64,000 nucleotides of DNA from an uncultured Chloroflexia bacterium (GCA_963825525.1 CAWGTN010000003.1:1-64000); one strand, 5' to 3'; positions 11,116-20,500 are shown, counted from the stretch's first letter. Numbers and translations: made by a program. The notes: a model not told the origin generated them from the sequence alone.

Positions 11116-12285
11116 ATGGGTGCCTGGGTAGTTTGGCTCCGGTCAGAGGTCGCCGCCGTGGTCGCCCGCACGGGAGTTCGCATGAGTGCCACCACTCAGT
11201 GGCTCTCGTTGTGGCTTGCGGGACTCACCATCTTCGGTGTCCTGATCATGGGCTCCAGCGAGGCCGATCTCGTGACTCGGCTGCGGGTGGTCATGTTCGG
11301 GCTGGTCGACGGCTTGCTCCTCTGGTCGGCGATGGCGCTGGCGACGAACGGACAGGTCTCTCCGGAGCGCGCCAACTCGCGATCCTTTACCGAGCTTCGT
11401 GGTCGCCTCGAGGCGGCACGGCGCCGGCTGGGGTCTCGCGGGAGGAGCGCGGTCGTCGTCTCCCTGCGTGAGCAGATCCGGTCGCTCGAGCGACGGTCGA
11501 TGCCTGGGGACTTGGATGCCACGAGTGGAGCGGCGGCATGGAGTACATGAACCGCTGGCAGGAGCTTCACGGTATCGAAGAGGAGCTCGTCCTCCTGGCC
11601 GATCTGGAACGGCAGCACGCGATCTTGCTGCACGACGAGCTGAGGATCGAGGGATCCAAGCTCGACAGCCGAGACGGACGCCTGCGTCAGCAGATCAATG
11701 CAGTGAAGGCCGCATTGAAAGCTACACGAGTCCCGGACGTCCGCGATGATCTAACTGTCATCCGCCGCGCAAGTGAGAACGGGTATCGGGACCGTCGCTT
11801 CGAGGCGCTCATCCGCGGGACGGCGGCAATGAATAACCGGACGGCGCTGCTGGGGATGACGGCCTGGGCGGCCCTCGGATTCAGCATCCTCGCCGGTGCC
11901 CTGCTGAGCGTCGACGTGGCGGTTGCCGCGTTACCTGGTCGGGACAGCCGCCGCGGCTGCTCACGCAGCTGCGGAGGAAACCGAATTAGCAAGCTCGATC
12001 GAGAATGTGTACGGTTACGGCGAGGCGCAGACCCGCCAAACAGTGTTGCTCTCAGGGTTGGCGGCTGTTGTCGGAGTTGCCTTGACGTGGGTGGCGGCCA
12101 ACGGAGCGGCATCCGGGGTCACGGTCAATTCGCTCGGGGATGCCTTTGCGCTGACGCCGGTTTCCCTGGCGACGGCTGCGCTCTTCGGGTTTGCGCCGGG
12201 GCCGCTTCTCGATCGAATGAGCGGCTGGGCCAAGGCGAATGTCGAGGACCTCGAAGAGACGCTCTCGTCCAAGGATGACGACTGA
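11116..12285 (+). CDS. hypothetical multi-pass membrane protein, probably one gene with 2 frameshifts
   Basis: Overlapping ORFs 11104..11550, 11538..12278 and 11923..12285 each carry plausible TM or coiled segments; ends LFGFAPGPLLDRM. Confidence 0.5.
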
Positions 12286-12303
12286 ACGTTCCGAGATTGT
12301 TGG

Positions 12304-12483
12304 CAGCTCGGCCTGGTCGACGAGCATCGAGAGCGCCATGAGGCTGTTCTGCCAGCTCGCGACCTCGCCCGGGCCGGGCTGGTAGCCGATGGTGGCGATG
12401 TACTCGGCGCGCAGCTTATCGGCGATGCGGTGGAGCTGGGCATCGGTCCGAAACTGCTCGGTCGTGCCGGCGTAGAGCTTCAT
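12304..12483 (-). pseudogene. truncated 5' copy (C) of the DUF2075 gene
   Basis: MKLYAGTTEQFRTDAQLHRIADKL...VDQAEL; homology stops at the same codon as copy B; lacks the upstream promoter block. Confidence 0.85.
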
Positions 12484-12536
12484 CGGGCCGAAGCCGTCGA
12501 TCAGGCTCGGGACAGCCGAGATGGCGATCAGCATCC

Positions 12537-13451
12537 TCAGCGAGCCTCGAGAAGCTGGAGGATGTCGTCGATCGCGGCGTGGATGGGTCTTGGAGGTAGG
12601 TCGTGCGGGCCATCGACCTCGGTGCGCTGGCCGTTCGATGAGCGAGCCAGGAGCTCCGCCAGTCCATCCTCCCAGAGCGCATCTGCTTCCGAGGGCATGC
12701 CGCCGCCCTCGAAGATTGCGACGAGGTAGGTGATCGGCACGTCGGGAATCGTCGCCAGGGCGGCCGCTGCCTCGTCATGGATCGTCCAGGCGGTGGCCTC
12801 GACATCCGCTTCGTACTCGGCCTGGAACTCGGCAAGGTCAAACTCCCCGATGCTCGCGAAGTAGCGGTCGAGGTCCCCATCGGCGTGCAAGCTGGCGTCG
12901 ATGAGGACCATCCCGGCAACCTGGTCAGGGTGAGCCCCGGCGAAGAGCTCGGCGATGAGCCCGCCGTGCGACGCCGCGACGAGGAGATACGGGCCCGGCA
13001 CCTCGGCCGCCTCCAGGAGGCGCGAGAGGTCGTCAACGATGTCGGCGCCGCTCTGGATCCCGTCGACCGGGTCGCTCTCGCCCATGTGGGCTCGGTCGTA
13101 CGTGCAGACCATCTGGCGGTCGGCGTAGTTGAACAGGTGGTACCCGTGCCGCGCCCGTCCGCCGTATCCGTGGAGGAAGAGGATCGTCGGCGCGCCCGTG
13201 CCCCGGCACTCCATGTAGAGCGACCGGCCACCGATATCGATCAGTCCGGCAATTCTGGCATCGTCCGATGGCGAGGCGGCTTCAGTTCCGGTGGAAGGGG
13301 ACTCCGTCGGGCTCAGTGGAGCCTGGGAGGCTGAGGCGCTCTCGGGGGCCGAGCCTCCTGGCACGGCCGTCTGGCAAGCCGCGATGCCGATGGCTGCAAC
13401 AAGCAGCACGAGAAGTCCCCAACGCCATGACGAAGGGTGACCCGCGGGCAT
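12537..13451 (-). CDS. alpha/beta hydrolase lipoprotein
   Basis: Lipobox GIAAC; FLHGYGG, YDRAHMGESD, nucleophile elbow AASHGG, C-terminal GPHD. Confidence 0.85.
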   Translation of the reverse strand: MPAGHPSSWRWGLLVLLVAAIGIAACQTAVPGGSAPESASASQAPLSPTESPSTGTEAASPSDDARIAGLIDIGGRSLYMECRGTGAPTILFLHGYGGRARHGYHLFNYADRQMVCTYDRAHMGESDPVDGIQSGADIVDDLSRLLEAAEVPGPYLLVAASHGGLIAELFAGAHPDQVAGMVLIDASLHADGDLDRYFASIGEFDLAEFQAEYEADVEATAWTIHDEAAAALATIPDVPITYLVAIFEGGGMPSEADALWEDGLAELLARSSNGQRTEVDGPHDLPPRPIHAAIDDILQLLEAR

Positions 13452-13594
13452 TCCGACGCCTCCCTACCTCGCACCTCGACGACCGGTCGTGCCAGCGAGT
13501 CTAGCCGCATGCGCACGGACCGAAAGGCGCATCGGCCGACTGTCGTGCGTCGTGGGTGCGATCGCATCGAGGCGGGGGAGTGGCCATCCGGAAC

Positions 13595-14815
13595 CTATTG
13601 ATCGGGCGCCGCCGGTTCCACCTGAACGACCGCAGGCGGGGCTGTGCGCTGAGGATGATCGGTGGCCTGCCGCTCCGTGAGGACCCGGCGAACGGCCGAC
13701 TCGACGGCCGCGAGAAAGTCCGGATCATCGGCTGAGAAGGTGCGAGCGAGTGGTGCGGCGGCCGAGCCATCGGGCACTGCCGGCTTGAATCGCCGGTCGA
13801 CGATGCCCTCGATCCACTTGCGGATCGGGGTGAACAACGTGGCGAGGACGAGCGCGGAGAGGATGGCGGCGCCGTCCGAGGTGTCGCCGGTGACGGCGAC
13901 GGAGAGGCGCTGAAGCATCGCAACGGATCCGGCGTAGAGGCCAGCGACGATGCCGACCAGTGGCACGTACACCAGCGTCCGATTGATGAGCGTATCGATC
14001 TCGTAGAGGCGGTAGCGCGTGACGGCGATGAGAATCGAGATCGGCAGCAGTACGAGCGCGCTGACCGCGATGGCGGCCGGGATGATGGACTCGCTCAGCA
14101 GCGAAATCGGCAACAGCACGCACCACACCGCCACCGCGAACACGAACCAGCGCAGCTGCAGCCGCTCCACGCCGGTCGCGCGGCGGTAGCGGATCACGAT
14201 CGAGCTGATCGCCACGGCGACCGTCAGGGCCGCCATCAGGAAGCCCGCCGCCTCGAGCACCTCGAAGACGACCGATGGGATGGCGTCGACACCGAGCGGG
14301 TTCGCCGGCAGGCCGTTCTCGGGGTCCAGGGAGCCCGGCCGCACGAGAAGCGCCACCACCACCAGTCCGACGATCCCTGCCCCGATGCGGGCTGGCCATC
14401 GCCAGCGCGCGCTCGGGAGGCGGCCGTCGGGGAAGAACAGCGCCACCACCGGGCCCACGAGAAGGATCACCGGCCAGAACAGGGCGCCCGACAGGAGGGC
14501 AAGCCATATGCCGACCGGATCGTCCTGCTGCGCCCCGCGGAATCCGATCGCAAAAGCCAGGAACTCGGTCGGAAAGCCGGCTCCGGCCACGAGCAGGATC
14601 CAGCCGACCGCGTGCCGTAGTCGCTGCCTGAGGATCAGGATGCCCGCAGTGGCGTAGGTGGCTCCGACAATGCCGACGATGGAAAAGAAGACCACGCCCT
14701 CGACCGTGTTTCCGGCGATCGCTTCGAAGATCCCGGGAACCAGGATGCCCAGCAGTACGCACGCCGCCGACGCAAGAGCGGCATAGAGCCACACCAGTCG
14801 CGCGATCCAGATCAT
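13595..14815 (-). CDS. polytopic membrane protein resembling the N-terminal sensor region of histidine kinases, no kinase domain
   Basis: HAVGWIL, FPDGRLPSARWR, RYRRATGVERLQLRW, AVTRYRLYEID, LFTPIRKWIEGIVDRRF. Confidence 0.75.
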   Translation of the reverse strand: MIWIARLVWLYAALASAACVLLGILVPGIFEAIAGNTVEGVVFFSIVGIVGATYATAGILILRQRLRHAVGWILLVAGAGFPTEFLAFAIGFRGAQQDDPVGIWLALLSGALFWPVILLVGPVVALFFPDGRLPSARWRWPARIGAGIVGLVVVALLVRPGSLDPENGLPANPLGVDAIPSVVFEVLEAAGFLMAALTVAVAISSIVIRYRRATGVERLQLRWFVFAVAVWCVLLPISLLSESIIPAAIAVSALVLLPISILIAVTRYRLYEIDTLINRTLVYVPLVGIVAGLYAGSVAMLQRLSVAVTGDTSDGAAILSALVLATLFTPIRKWIEGIVDRRFKPAVPDGSAAAPLARTFSADDPDFLAAVESAVRRVLTERQATDHPQRTAPPAVVQVEPAAPDQ

Positions 14816-14869
14816 GGCTCTCCCGGTAGCGGTCGAATCCTGCGCATCATCGCGCACTCGGAGTCGTCC

Positions 14870-14904
14870 TTGACGGAACTCAAGTGAAGTGACACCATTC
14901 CTGA
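14870..14904 (+). promoter_or_regulatory. sigma70-type promoter, probably giving a leaderless transcript for the TA operon
   Basis: TTGACG (14870) + 17 bp + CACCAT (14893); ATG 7 bp downstream; no RBS. Confidence 0.45.
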
Positions 14905-15162
14905 ATGAGTGACACTGGAGTCGTGTCAGTGGGACCCAAAGGACGCGTCGTCATCCCGGCGGGTATTCGTCGTGAGCTGGGGATCGAGGAGGGGAGCGAG
15001 CTCGTGGCGCTCGTGGAGGGCGAGGCCGTGATCCTCGTGCCGCGATCGGCGATCAAGACGCGGCTGCGATCCATGTTCGCCGCCGCGGGAGGCAGCATGC
15101 GCGACGAGCTGATCGCGGAGCGCCATGCGGAGGCGTCGGCCGACGCGGACTCCGGGCCGTGA
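14905..15162 (+). CDS. AbrB/MazE/SpoVT-family antitoxin
   Basis: VGPKGRVVIPAGIRRELGIEEG; 4-bp overlap with the PIN gene. Confidence 0.9.
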   Translation: MSDTGVVSVGPKGRVVIPAGIRRELGIEEGSELVALVEGEAVILVPRSAIKTRLRSMFAAAGGSMRDELIAERHAEASADADSGP

Positions 15163-15533
15163 CCAGCGTCGTCGATGCCTCGGTCGTGCTCGCCTGGCTC
15201 CAGGACGAGGCGGGGGCGGACGAGGCCGAGCCATGGCTGATGGAGGGTGTCATCGGCGCCGCGAACTGGTCCGAGGTGCTCCAGAAGGTGCGGCAGCACG
15301 GGGCGCCGGCCGGCGTGGTGGCGCGGCTGCTTGCATCCTTCGGTCTCTCGGTGGTCGACGTCACGCGCACCGATGCCGAGATCGCGGCCGTCCTCTGGCA
15401 ACGCGGGACCTCCCTCTCGCTGGCAGATCGCCTGTGTCTCGCGCTCGGCGTGCGAGCGAATTTGCCGGTGGTCACCGCCGATACCGCCTGGACACAGATC
15501 GATGGGGGACCGGACGTGGTTCTCGTCCGCTGA
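15159..15533 (+). CDS. vapC: VapC-family PIN-domain toxin
   Basis: VVDASVVLA, NWSEV, LSLADRLCLA, VTAD acidic PIN motifs. Confidence 0.9.
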   Translation: MTSVVDASVVLAWLQDEAGADEAEPWLMEGVIGAANWSEVLQKVRQHGAPAGVVARLLASFGLSVVDVTRTDAEIAAVLWQRGTSLSLADRLCLALGVRANLPVVTADTAWTQIDGGPDVVLVR

Positions 15534-15552
15534 AAGATGGAGAGAAACTGAA

Positions 15553-15963
15553 ATGAGCGTCGTCTACCAGAACCCCGCCGAGCTCGGTCCGCCCCACGGG
15601 AAGTATTCGCACCTCAGCCGCGCCGGGGACCTGGTCCTGGTCGCCGGCCAGGTTGGGATTCGCCCGGACGGGTCGCTCGCCGGCGACGATCTGCGGTCGC
15701 AGCTGTTCCAGGTATTCGAGAACCTGGGCACCGCACTCCGATCGGCGGGAGGCGGGTTCGACAGCGTCATGAAGCTCACCACGTACCTCGTTGGCGAGAC
15801 CACCATCGAGGCGTTCCGCGAAGCCCGCGACGAGCTCTATCCCCGCATCTACCCGTCAGGGATGTATCCCCCGAACACGCTCATCGTGGTCCAGGGCCTT
15901 GTCAGTCCGGACCTGCTGGTCGAGATCGATGCGATGGCCTCGATCCCGGTATCCGCCGCGTGA
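15553..15963 (+). CDS. Rid (YjgF/YER057c/UK114) family protein
   Basis: YSHL...VAGQVG...QVFENL...VMKLTTYL...LVEIDA. Confidence 0.85.
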   Translation: MSVVYQNPAELGPPHGKYSHLSRAGDLVLVAGQVGIRPDGSLAGDDLRSQLFQVFENLGTALRSAGGGFDSVMKLTTYLVGETTIEAFREARDELYPRIYPSGMYPPNTLIVVQGLVSPDLLVEIDAMASIPVSAA

Positions 15964-15994
15964 TCGCCACGCTCATCACGGAGGAACGATCCAC

Positions 15995-16240
15995 ATGGAA
16001 CCGTCGGTAGCCGCGGATGACCTGAACGAGGTCTCCGTCCTCGTCAACGTCGCGCATCGGCTCCTGCTCAGCATTCGCGACGAGGTGGAAACGTCGGCGT
16101 CTCTCCAGGGCATCGTCGAGGATCTGGATGCCGCGCATGACCAGCTGGACCTGGCGCTCGAGCGGCTCGGTGCGGCGATCGACCGTGCCGATGCAGAGGC
16201 CGGTGGCCAGCCCCGCGACCAGCGACCGGCCATCCACTGA
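15995..16240 (+). CDS. small helical hypothetical protein
   Basis: GGAGG RBS, 81 aa amphipathic ORF; a partial paralogous sequence lies at 31104..31189. Confidence 0.55.
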   Translation: MEPSVAADDLNEVSVLVNVAHRLLLSIRDEVETSASLQGIVEDLDAAHDQLDLALERLGAAIDRADAEAGGQPRDQRPAIH

Positions 16241-16257
16241 CCGTCTGCTAGGGCGCA

Positions 16258-16550
16258 CTACAGATCGTCGATCATCGCGCGGACCCTTGGCTCGGCGTGG
16301 TTGCGAGTGACGGAGCAGACGGTGACCGAGCCGCCGAACGAGTAGAGCAGGTCGGGGTCGAACGCGACGCGCGGCAGATCGGTGACGTGCCAACCACCTC
16401 GCGGACGTGCGGCATGTCCGGGTCGCCATCGGGGACCCATCGGTAGGGACCCGTGATCTCGCCGATGGCGACCACCGGCTGTCCGAGGAACGGCACGACC
16501 ACCGCGTCGCCGATCTGCATCCGATGGCCGAAGGCCCACAGCTGGGCCGC
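16258..16550 (-). pseudogene. remnant of an Mrr-type restriction endonuclease N-terminal region
   Basis: AAQLWAFGHRMQIGDAVVVP...GEITGPYRW...FDPDLLYSFGGSVTVCSVTRNHAE; no start codon and no catalytic domain. Confidence 0.55.
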
Positions 16551-16623
16551 CCCAGCAGCTCGACCAACGTGTCGCGAATGCTGTCGTTCGTGACGCCGGC
16601 GGACGTGAGTAGTAGACGCAACG
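16551..16623 (-). repeat. duplicated 5' end of the peptidase E gene
   Basis: MRLLLTSAGVTNDSIRDTLVELLG matches 20430..20502. Confidence 0.85.
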
Positions 16624-16633
16624 GCGGTCGCCG

Positions 16634-17116
16634 TCAGCGGTCAAACGGTGGGACGGCGAAGCGTCCGCTGGCGTAGTCGCCCGCCTCGTTGCAGACGAGG
16701 ACCCTCTCGCCGACATCAGGCGCCGCCTCGAAAGCGACCTGCAGCCGGACTCGATCGCCCGGGGCGACGACCGTGACCCAGCCCGACGCGGTCATGGTGC
16801 CCTCGCCGCGATCGTAGGGCTCGCCGTTGAGCTCGGTATAGGCCCCGACGGGCTCGGGCAGGGCGGGGTCGCCGCTCAACGACATCACCACCTTGTCGTC
16901 CTCGATCGGCAGGTCGGCCGGGCTGGGGGCGAGCATCGGCACCAGGGAGCATGGTCGCGTGCCGACGTTCTCGAGCTCGAACCACACGTCGGCCGGCCCG
17001 CTGTCGCTTTCAAGTCGGATCTCGTCATCGTCGATCTCGCCGGCGATGGTCACCTCCGAGGCGCCGCCGCCGCACGAGGCGAGGACGAGAGACGCCACGA
17101 CCAGGGATCGGAGCAT
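16634..17116 (-). CDS. hypothetical lipoprotein
   Basis: MLRSLVVASLVLASC lipobox; cupredoxin-like C-terminal pattern LVCNEAGDY. Confidence 0.6.
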   Translation of the reverse strand: MLRSLVVASLVLASCGGGASEVTIAGEIDDDEIRLESDSGPADVWFELENVGTRPCSLVPMLAPSPADLPIEDDKVVMSLSGDPALPEPVGAYTELNGEPYDRGEGTMTASGWVTVVAPGDRVRLQVAFEAAPDVGERVLVCNEAGDYASGRFAVPPFDR

Positions 17117-17269
17117 GATCCGGATTGTCGCATGCCGCTCGAACCGTGAGGCTTGGTACGGCGATCGCCCGTGCCGATGCAAGAAGCAGGTGGCCGGCTG
17201 CTCCAACTCAACCAGCCAGTGTTCGGAGGTGACGTCGGGCTACGCACCCGTCCCACAGTGGCTAATCAG

Positions 17270-19723
17270 TCAGCTGCCGTACAGCGACGTCAATTGCGAC
17301 TCGACGGCCGGGGATACAGTGCTGGTGCCGCCCAGGATGACTACGCGGGTGACGCCCAGCCGGCGAAGCTCGTCGCGGACCGTGGTCGGCAGCGAATTGC
17401 GCTCGACCAGCAGGATCGGGGCTCCGTGGCGGCCGGCGATCGGCCCGCCCGCCAGGGCGTCGGGGAAGTTCGTGCCCACGGCGACGTACGCCACGCTCGC
17501 TGACGTCCACCCGGCTTTCGAGACCGCTACCGCCGTGGCGTAGCGGTTCGCGCCGGCGAGGCGAGTCACGCTCCCGGTCGTGTACTGGCGCAGCGCGGTG
17601 ACCACGCCGGAGCCAACCGAAGCCGTCCCGCCGAGCACCACGATCCGTCCCGGGTTCAGCCGATCGAGCTGGGCGGCGGTCGTGGCCGGAACTCTGTTCG
17701 GCTCGACCAGCAGCAGGGGGCCGCCGCCCCGGATGGCGGCTGGTACGCCGGCCAGGGCGTCTGGGAAGTCCCTCCCGCTCGCGACGTAGATCACCGGCAC
17801 GCCCGGCGCGCGCGCGGCGGCGATGCGCGCCGCGGTGTCGTATCGATCGGCACCGGCGATTCGGCTCACGGGCGCAATCCCCGCAAGCGCGTTGCTCACG
17901 GCGGACGACACGACGGCCGTGCCGCCCAGGACCACGATCCGCGCCGGCCGCAGACGGCGAAGCTCCGTCATCGTCGGCGAGGGGACCGAGTCCCGGGTGA
18001 CGAGCAGCAGGGGACCGTTTCCGCGGGCGGCTGCCGGCCCGGCGGCCAGGGCATCGGCGAACCCCATTCCGTTGACCACGTACACCACGGGCACGCCGGG
18101 ATCAAACGTGGTGGATGACAGCACGGCCGCGGTGGAGAAGCGGTCCGCCCCTGAGAAGCGGCCGACGTCGACCGGCGGCGGCGGTGGTGGCGGTGGTGGT
18201 GGCGGTGGTGGCGGATCCTCGATCGTGACCGAGACCTGGGCGCTCGAGGGCAGCAGGCTGCCGGAGATACCGGAGTAGGCCGCCACGATCGTGTGCGTGC
18301 CCCTGGCGAGGGCCGACGTCGTGAACGTGAGCGTCGGATTGGTGCGCGTGATGGCCCGGCTCGCGAGCAGCGGCCCGGTCGTTCCGTTGCGCAGGGTCAG
18401 CGTGCCGCCGGGGTACATCAGGTTGTGCGCCGTGCTCACGGTGGCGGTGAAGGTGAGCGCGTCTCCCGGAGCGGCTTTGGTCGCCGTTGCCCCGAGTGTC
18501 GTGGTGGTGTCGTTGCTGACGGTGAAGCTGGCGGGTGCGCTCCACTCGCTGGTCGCGTGCTGGAAGCTCTCCAGGTAGCGTGCGGCGACGGTCCGCGTCC
18601 CGATCGTCCTGGGTCCGATGCACCAGCCGATGCCGTACGGATCGCGGGGGCTTCCGCCCGAGGGCGCCCCATCGATGGTGCACTCCACCGTGTTGCCGCC
18701 CGGGTTGGGCGTGACACGGAACAGGTAGCGAAGCCCGCCGTCGGGGTGCTCCGTCGCTGGCTCGATGCCGATGATCTCGGTCGCGGTCGGAATCAGAGCG
18801 ATCCCCCAGAACGGAAGCCGCCGCGGCGACAACCCGCCGTCGTGCGGAATGTGGAGCCATCCCAGCCGCCCGCCGGAGGCTTGGGGCGTGAAGGTGACGT
18901 CGAACGAGCACGATGCGCCCGGGTCGACCGTCGTGGTGGAGCACCCGTCGTCGCCGACGACGAAGCTCGACGCATCGGCTCCGACGAAGGCCAGCGTGCC
19001 GATATCGACCGGCAGATCCCCGTCCACCTCCAGGGTGTAGGTCTGCGGCGTCCCCGTGCCCCCGGCCACGATGCTCGGCATCTGGCGCGACTGGAGCGGG
19101 GTCTTCAGCAGAGGCAGGTCCACGGATGAGCCGATCCGGACGCGCCCGACCACCAGGCCGCGGCCGTTGTCCCCCTCGCAGCGGAACTCGTACGTCAGGG
19201 CGAATCGGTAGAGCGTGGGTCCATTCCACGCCATGTCATGGATCTGGAACGCGCCGGTCGCGGTGTTGCAGCCGTCCCCAGAGCCGCTCAGGTCCAGTCC
19301 CGGGACTCCGGTTGTGCGGAATCGCTGAGCGTTCGGGTAGATCCCGACGCCCAGCTCTTGCCCGGTCGGGGGTCTCAGAACCAGTCGCCAGTGCTCAGTG
19401 AGCCCGTCCTCGTCGAGGCGGCCCGCCTGGATCGCGATATGGTCGGTGGTGGGCCCGCTCTCGATACTCACGCCGCCGGTCTGCGGCGTGATGAACAGGT
19501 CCTGGGTCTTCCCGACGAAGCTGTCCACCGAGTTGAAGGCGAAGAAGGTCGGGGGCGAGGCGGCCGCGGCCGGTGCGGCGGGCATGTTGGCGAGGGCGAG
19601 GCAGGTCGCCAGGCACGCATGGACCAACCGACGCGTGAACCGCATCGGCCTCGTGGTCCCGTGATGCATCCGCTTGTCCCCCCGAATTGCCTGAGTGGCG
19701 CCAGTATCACCGCGCCAATCCAT
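17270..19723 (-). CDS. secreted surface protein with Ig-like domains and three cell-wall-binding repeat 2 (CWB2) units; true start probably near 19645-19670
   Basis: Signal-like AAPAAAA; CSFDVTFTP Ig domain; poly-Pro linker; RFSGADRFSTA, RIAGADRYDTA and RLAGANRYATA with DALA and LLLV motifs. Confidence 0.85.
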   Translation of the reverse strand: MDWRGDTGATQAIRGDKRMHHGTTRPMRFTRRLVHACLATCLALANMPAAPAAAASPPTFFAFNSVDSFVGKTQDLFITPQTGGVSIESGPTTDHIAIQAGRLDEDGLTEHWRLVLRPPTGQELGVGIYPNAQRFRTTGVPGLDLSGSGDGCNTATGAFQIHDMAWNGPTLYRFALTYEFRCEGDNGRGLVVGRVRIGSSVDLPLLKTPLQSRQMPSIVAGGTGTPQTYTLEVDGDLPVDIGTLAFVGADASSFVVGDDGCSTTTVDPGASCSFDVTFTPQASGGRLGWLHIPHDGGLSPRRLPFWGIALIPTATEIIGIEPATEHPDGGLRYLFRVTPNPGGNTVECTIDGAPSGGSPRDPYGIGWCIGPRTIGTRTVAARYLESFQHATSEWSAPASFTVSNDTTTTLGATATKAAPGDALTFTATVSTAHNLMYPGGTLTLRNGTTGPLLASRAITRTNPTLTFTTSALARGTHTIVAAYSGISGSLLPSSAQVSVTIEDPPPPPPPPPPPPPPVDVGRFSGADRFSTAAVLSSTTFDPGVPVVYVVNGMGFADALAAGPAAARGNGPLLLVTRDSVPSPTMTELRRLRPARIVVLGGTAVVSSAVSNALAGIAPVSRIAGADRYDTAARIAAARAPGVPVIYVASGRDFPDALAGVPAAIRGGGPLLLVEPNRVPATTAAQLDRLNPGRIVVLGGTASVGSGVVTALRQYTTGSVTRLAGANRYATAVAVSKAGWTSASVAYVAVGTNFPDALAGGPIAGRHGAPILLVERNSLPTTVRDELRRLGVTRVVILGGTSTVSPAVESQLTSLYGS

Positions 19724-19810
19724 CCGTCAATGGGCCGCAGAACCGTCAGTGGCCGCGGACGAGGCGCGGATTACTCGGCTCTGGCGCTCCCCGAAACGAT
19801 CGTATCGAAC

Positions 19811-20500
19811 TCAGTTTGTGGCGGGCTGGGATGGGAAGTATCTCCATTGACCCTCGGACACGACCTCGACGTTGCCATCGGTCACCTTGATGGCGGTCTC
19901 GTTGTCGATAACGTAGGCCGGAACGCCGATGGCGCCCGCCCATGTCTCCGCGGCGGCCATGGTGTTCTTCGGCAGCGTCTCGTCGTCCAGGTGCGGGAAG
20001 ATCGAGAAGTCGACGAGCCCCAGTGTGCGGTCGCCGCCGCTGTCACCCGGTTGCCACCCGACGAATCGGTCTCCGATGCGCGGGGTCATCACCATGCTGC
20101 CTGCACTCATCCCGACCCAGACCGTCTTGTCGAGCGAAGGCAGCAGGTCGGCCAGCCCGGATTGCCGCATCCAATGGCACAGGTAGACGGCGTCGCCGCC
20201 GGACGCCAGCAGGACATCCGCCTCTCGGACCACCGGCAGCCAGCGGTCCTCGGGGATGGTCGGCAGCGCGGTGAGCTCCAGCACGCCGACCGACTTCCAG
20301 CCCAGGTCGACCATGGGATTCTCGGACTGTCCGCTGATGAACTCCCAGGCGATGACGCCGGGCCCGACCGATGGGTGTCCGTACATCGCGGTGGGGATGC
20401 ACAGGGCATTGCAATCGCCGATCGGCTTGCCCAGCAGCTCGACCAGCGCGTCGCGAATGCTGTCGTTCGTGACGCCGGCGGACGTGAGAAGTAAACGCAA
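19811..20500 (-). CDS. pepE: peptidase E (S51) / type 1 glutamine amidotransferase-like protein
   Basis: LLLTSAG, IPTA, SGGD, WVGMSAGS (Ser), IFPHLD (His). Confidence 0.85.
   Translation of the reverse strand: MRLLLTSAGVTNDSIRDALVELLGKPIGDCNALCIPTAMYGHPSVGPGVIAWEFISGQSENPMVDLGWKSVGVLELTALPTIPEDRWLPVVREADVLLASGGDAVYLCHWMRQSGLADLLPSLDKTVWVGMSAGSMVMTPRIGDRFVGWQPGDSGGDRTLGLVDFSIFPHLDDETLPKNTMAAAETWAGAIGVPAYVIDNETAIKVTDGNVEVVSEGQWRYFPSQPATN

Noticed and set aside
450-12285. Numerous frameshifts read as programmed frameshifting or mass pseudogenisation
   Set aside because: The breaks are scattered small indels with no slippery motifs seen, and similar ones occur in ordinary genes (MarR, cupin, LuxR). 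Sequencing error is the simplest explanation; reads are needed to decide.
18171-18213. GGC/GGT trinucleotide tract as a contingency locus
   Set aside because: It is an in-frame poly-proline linker with mixed codons.
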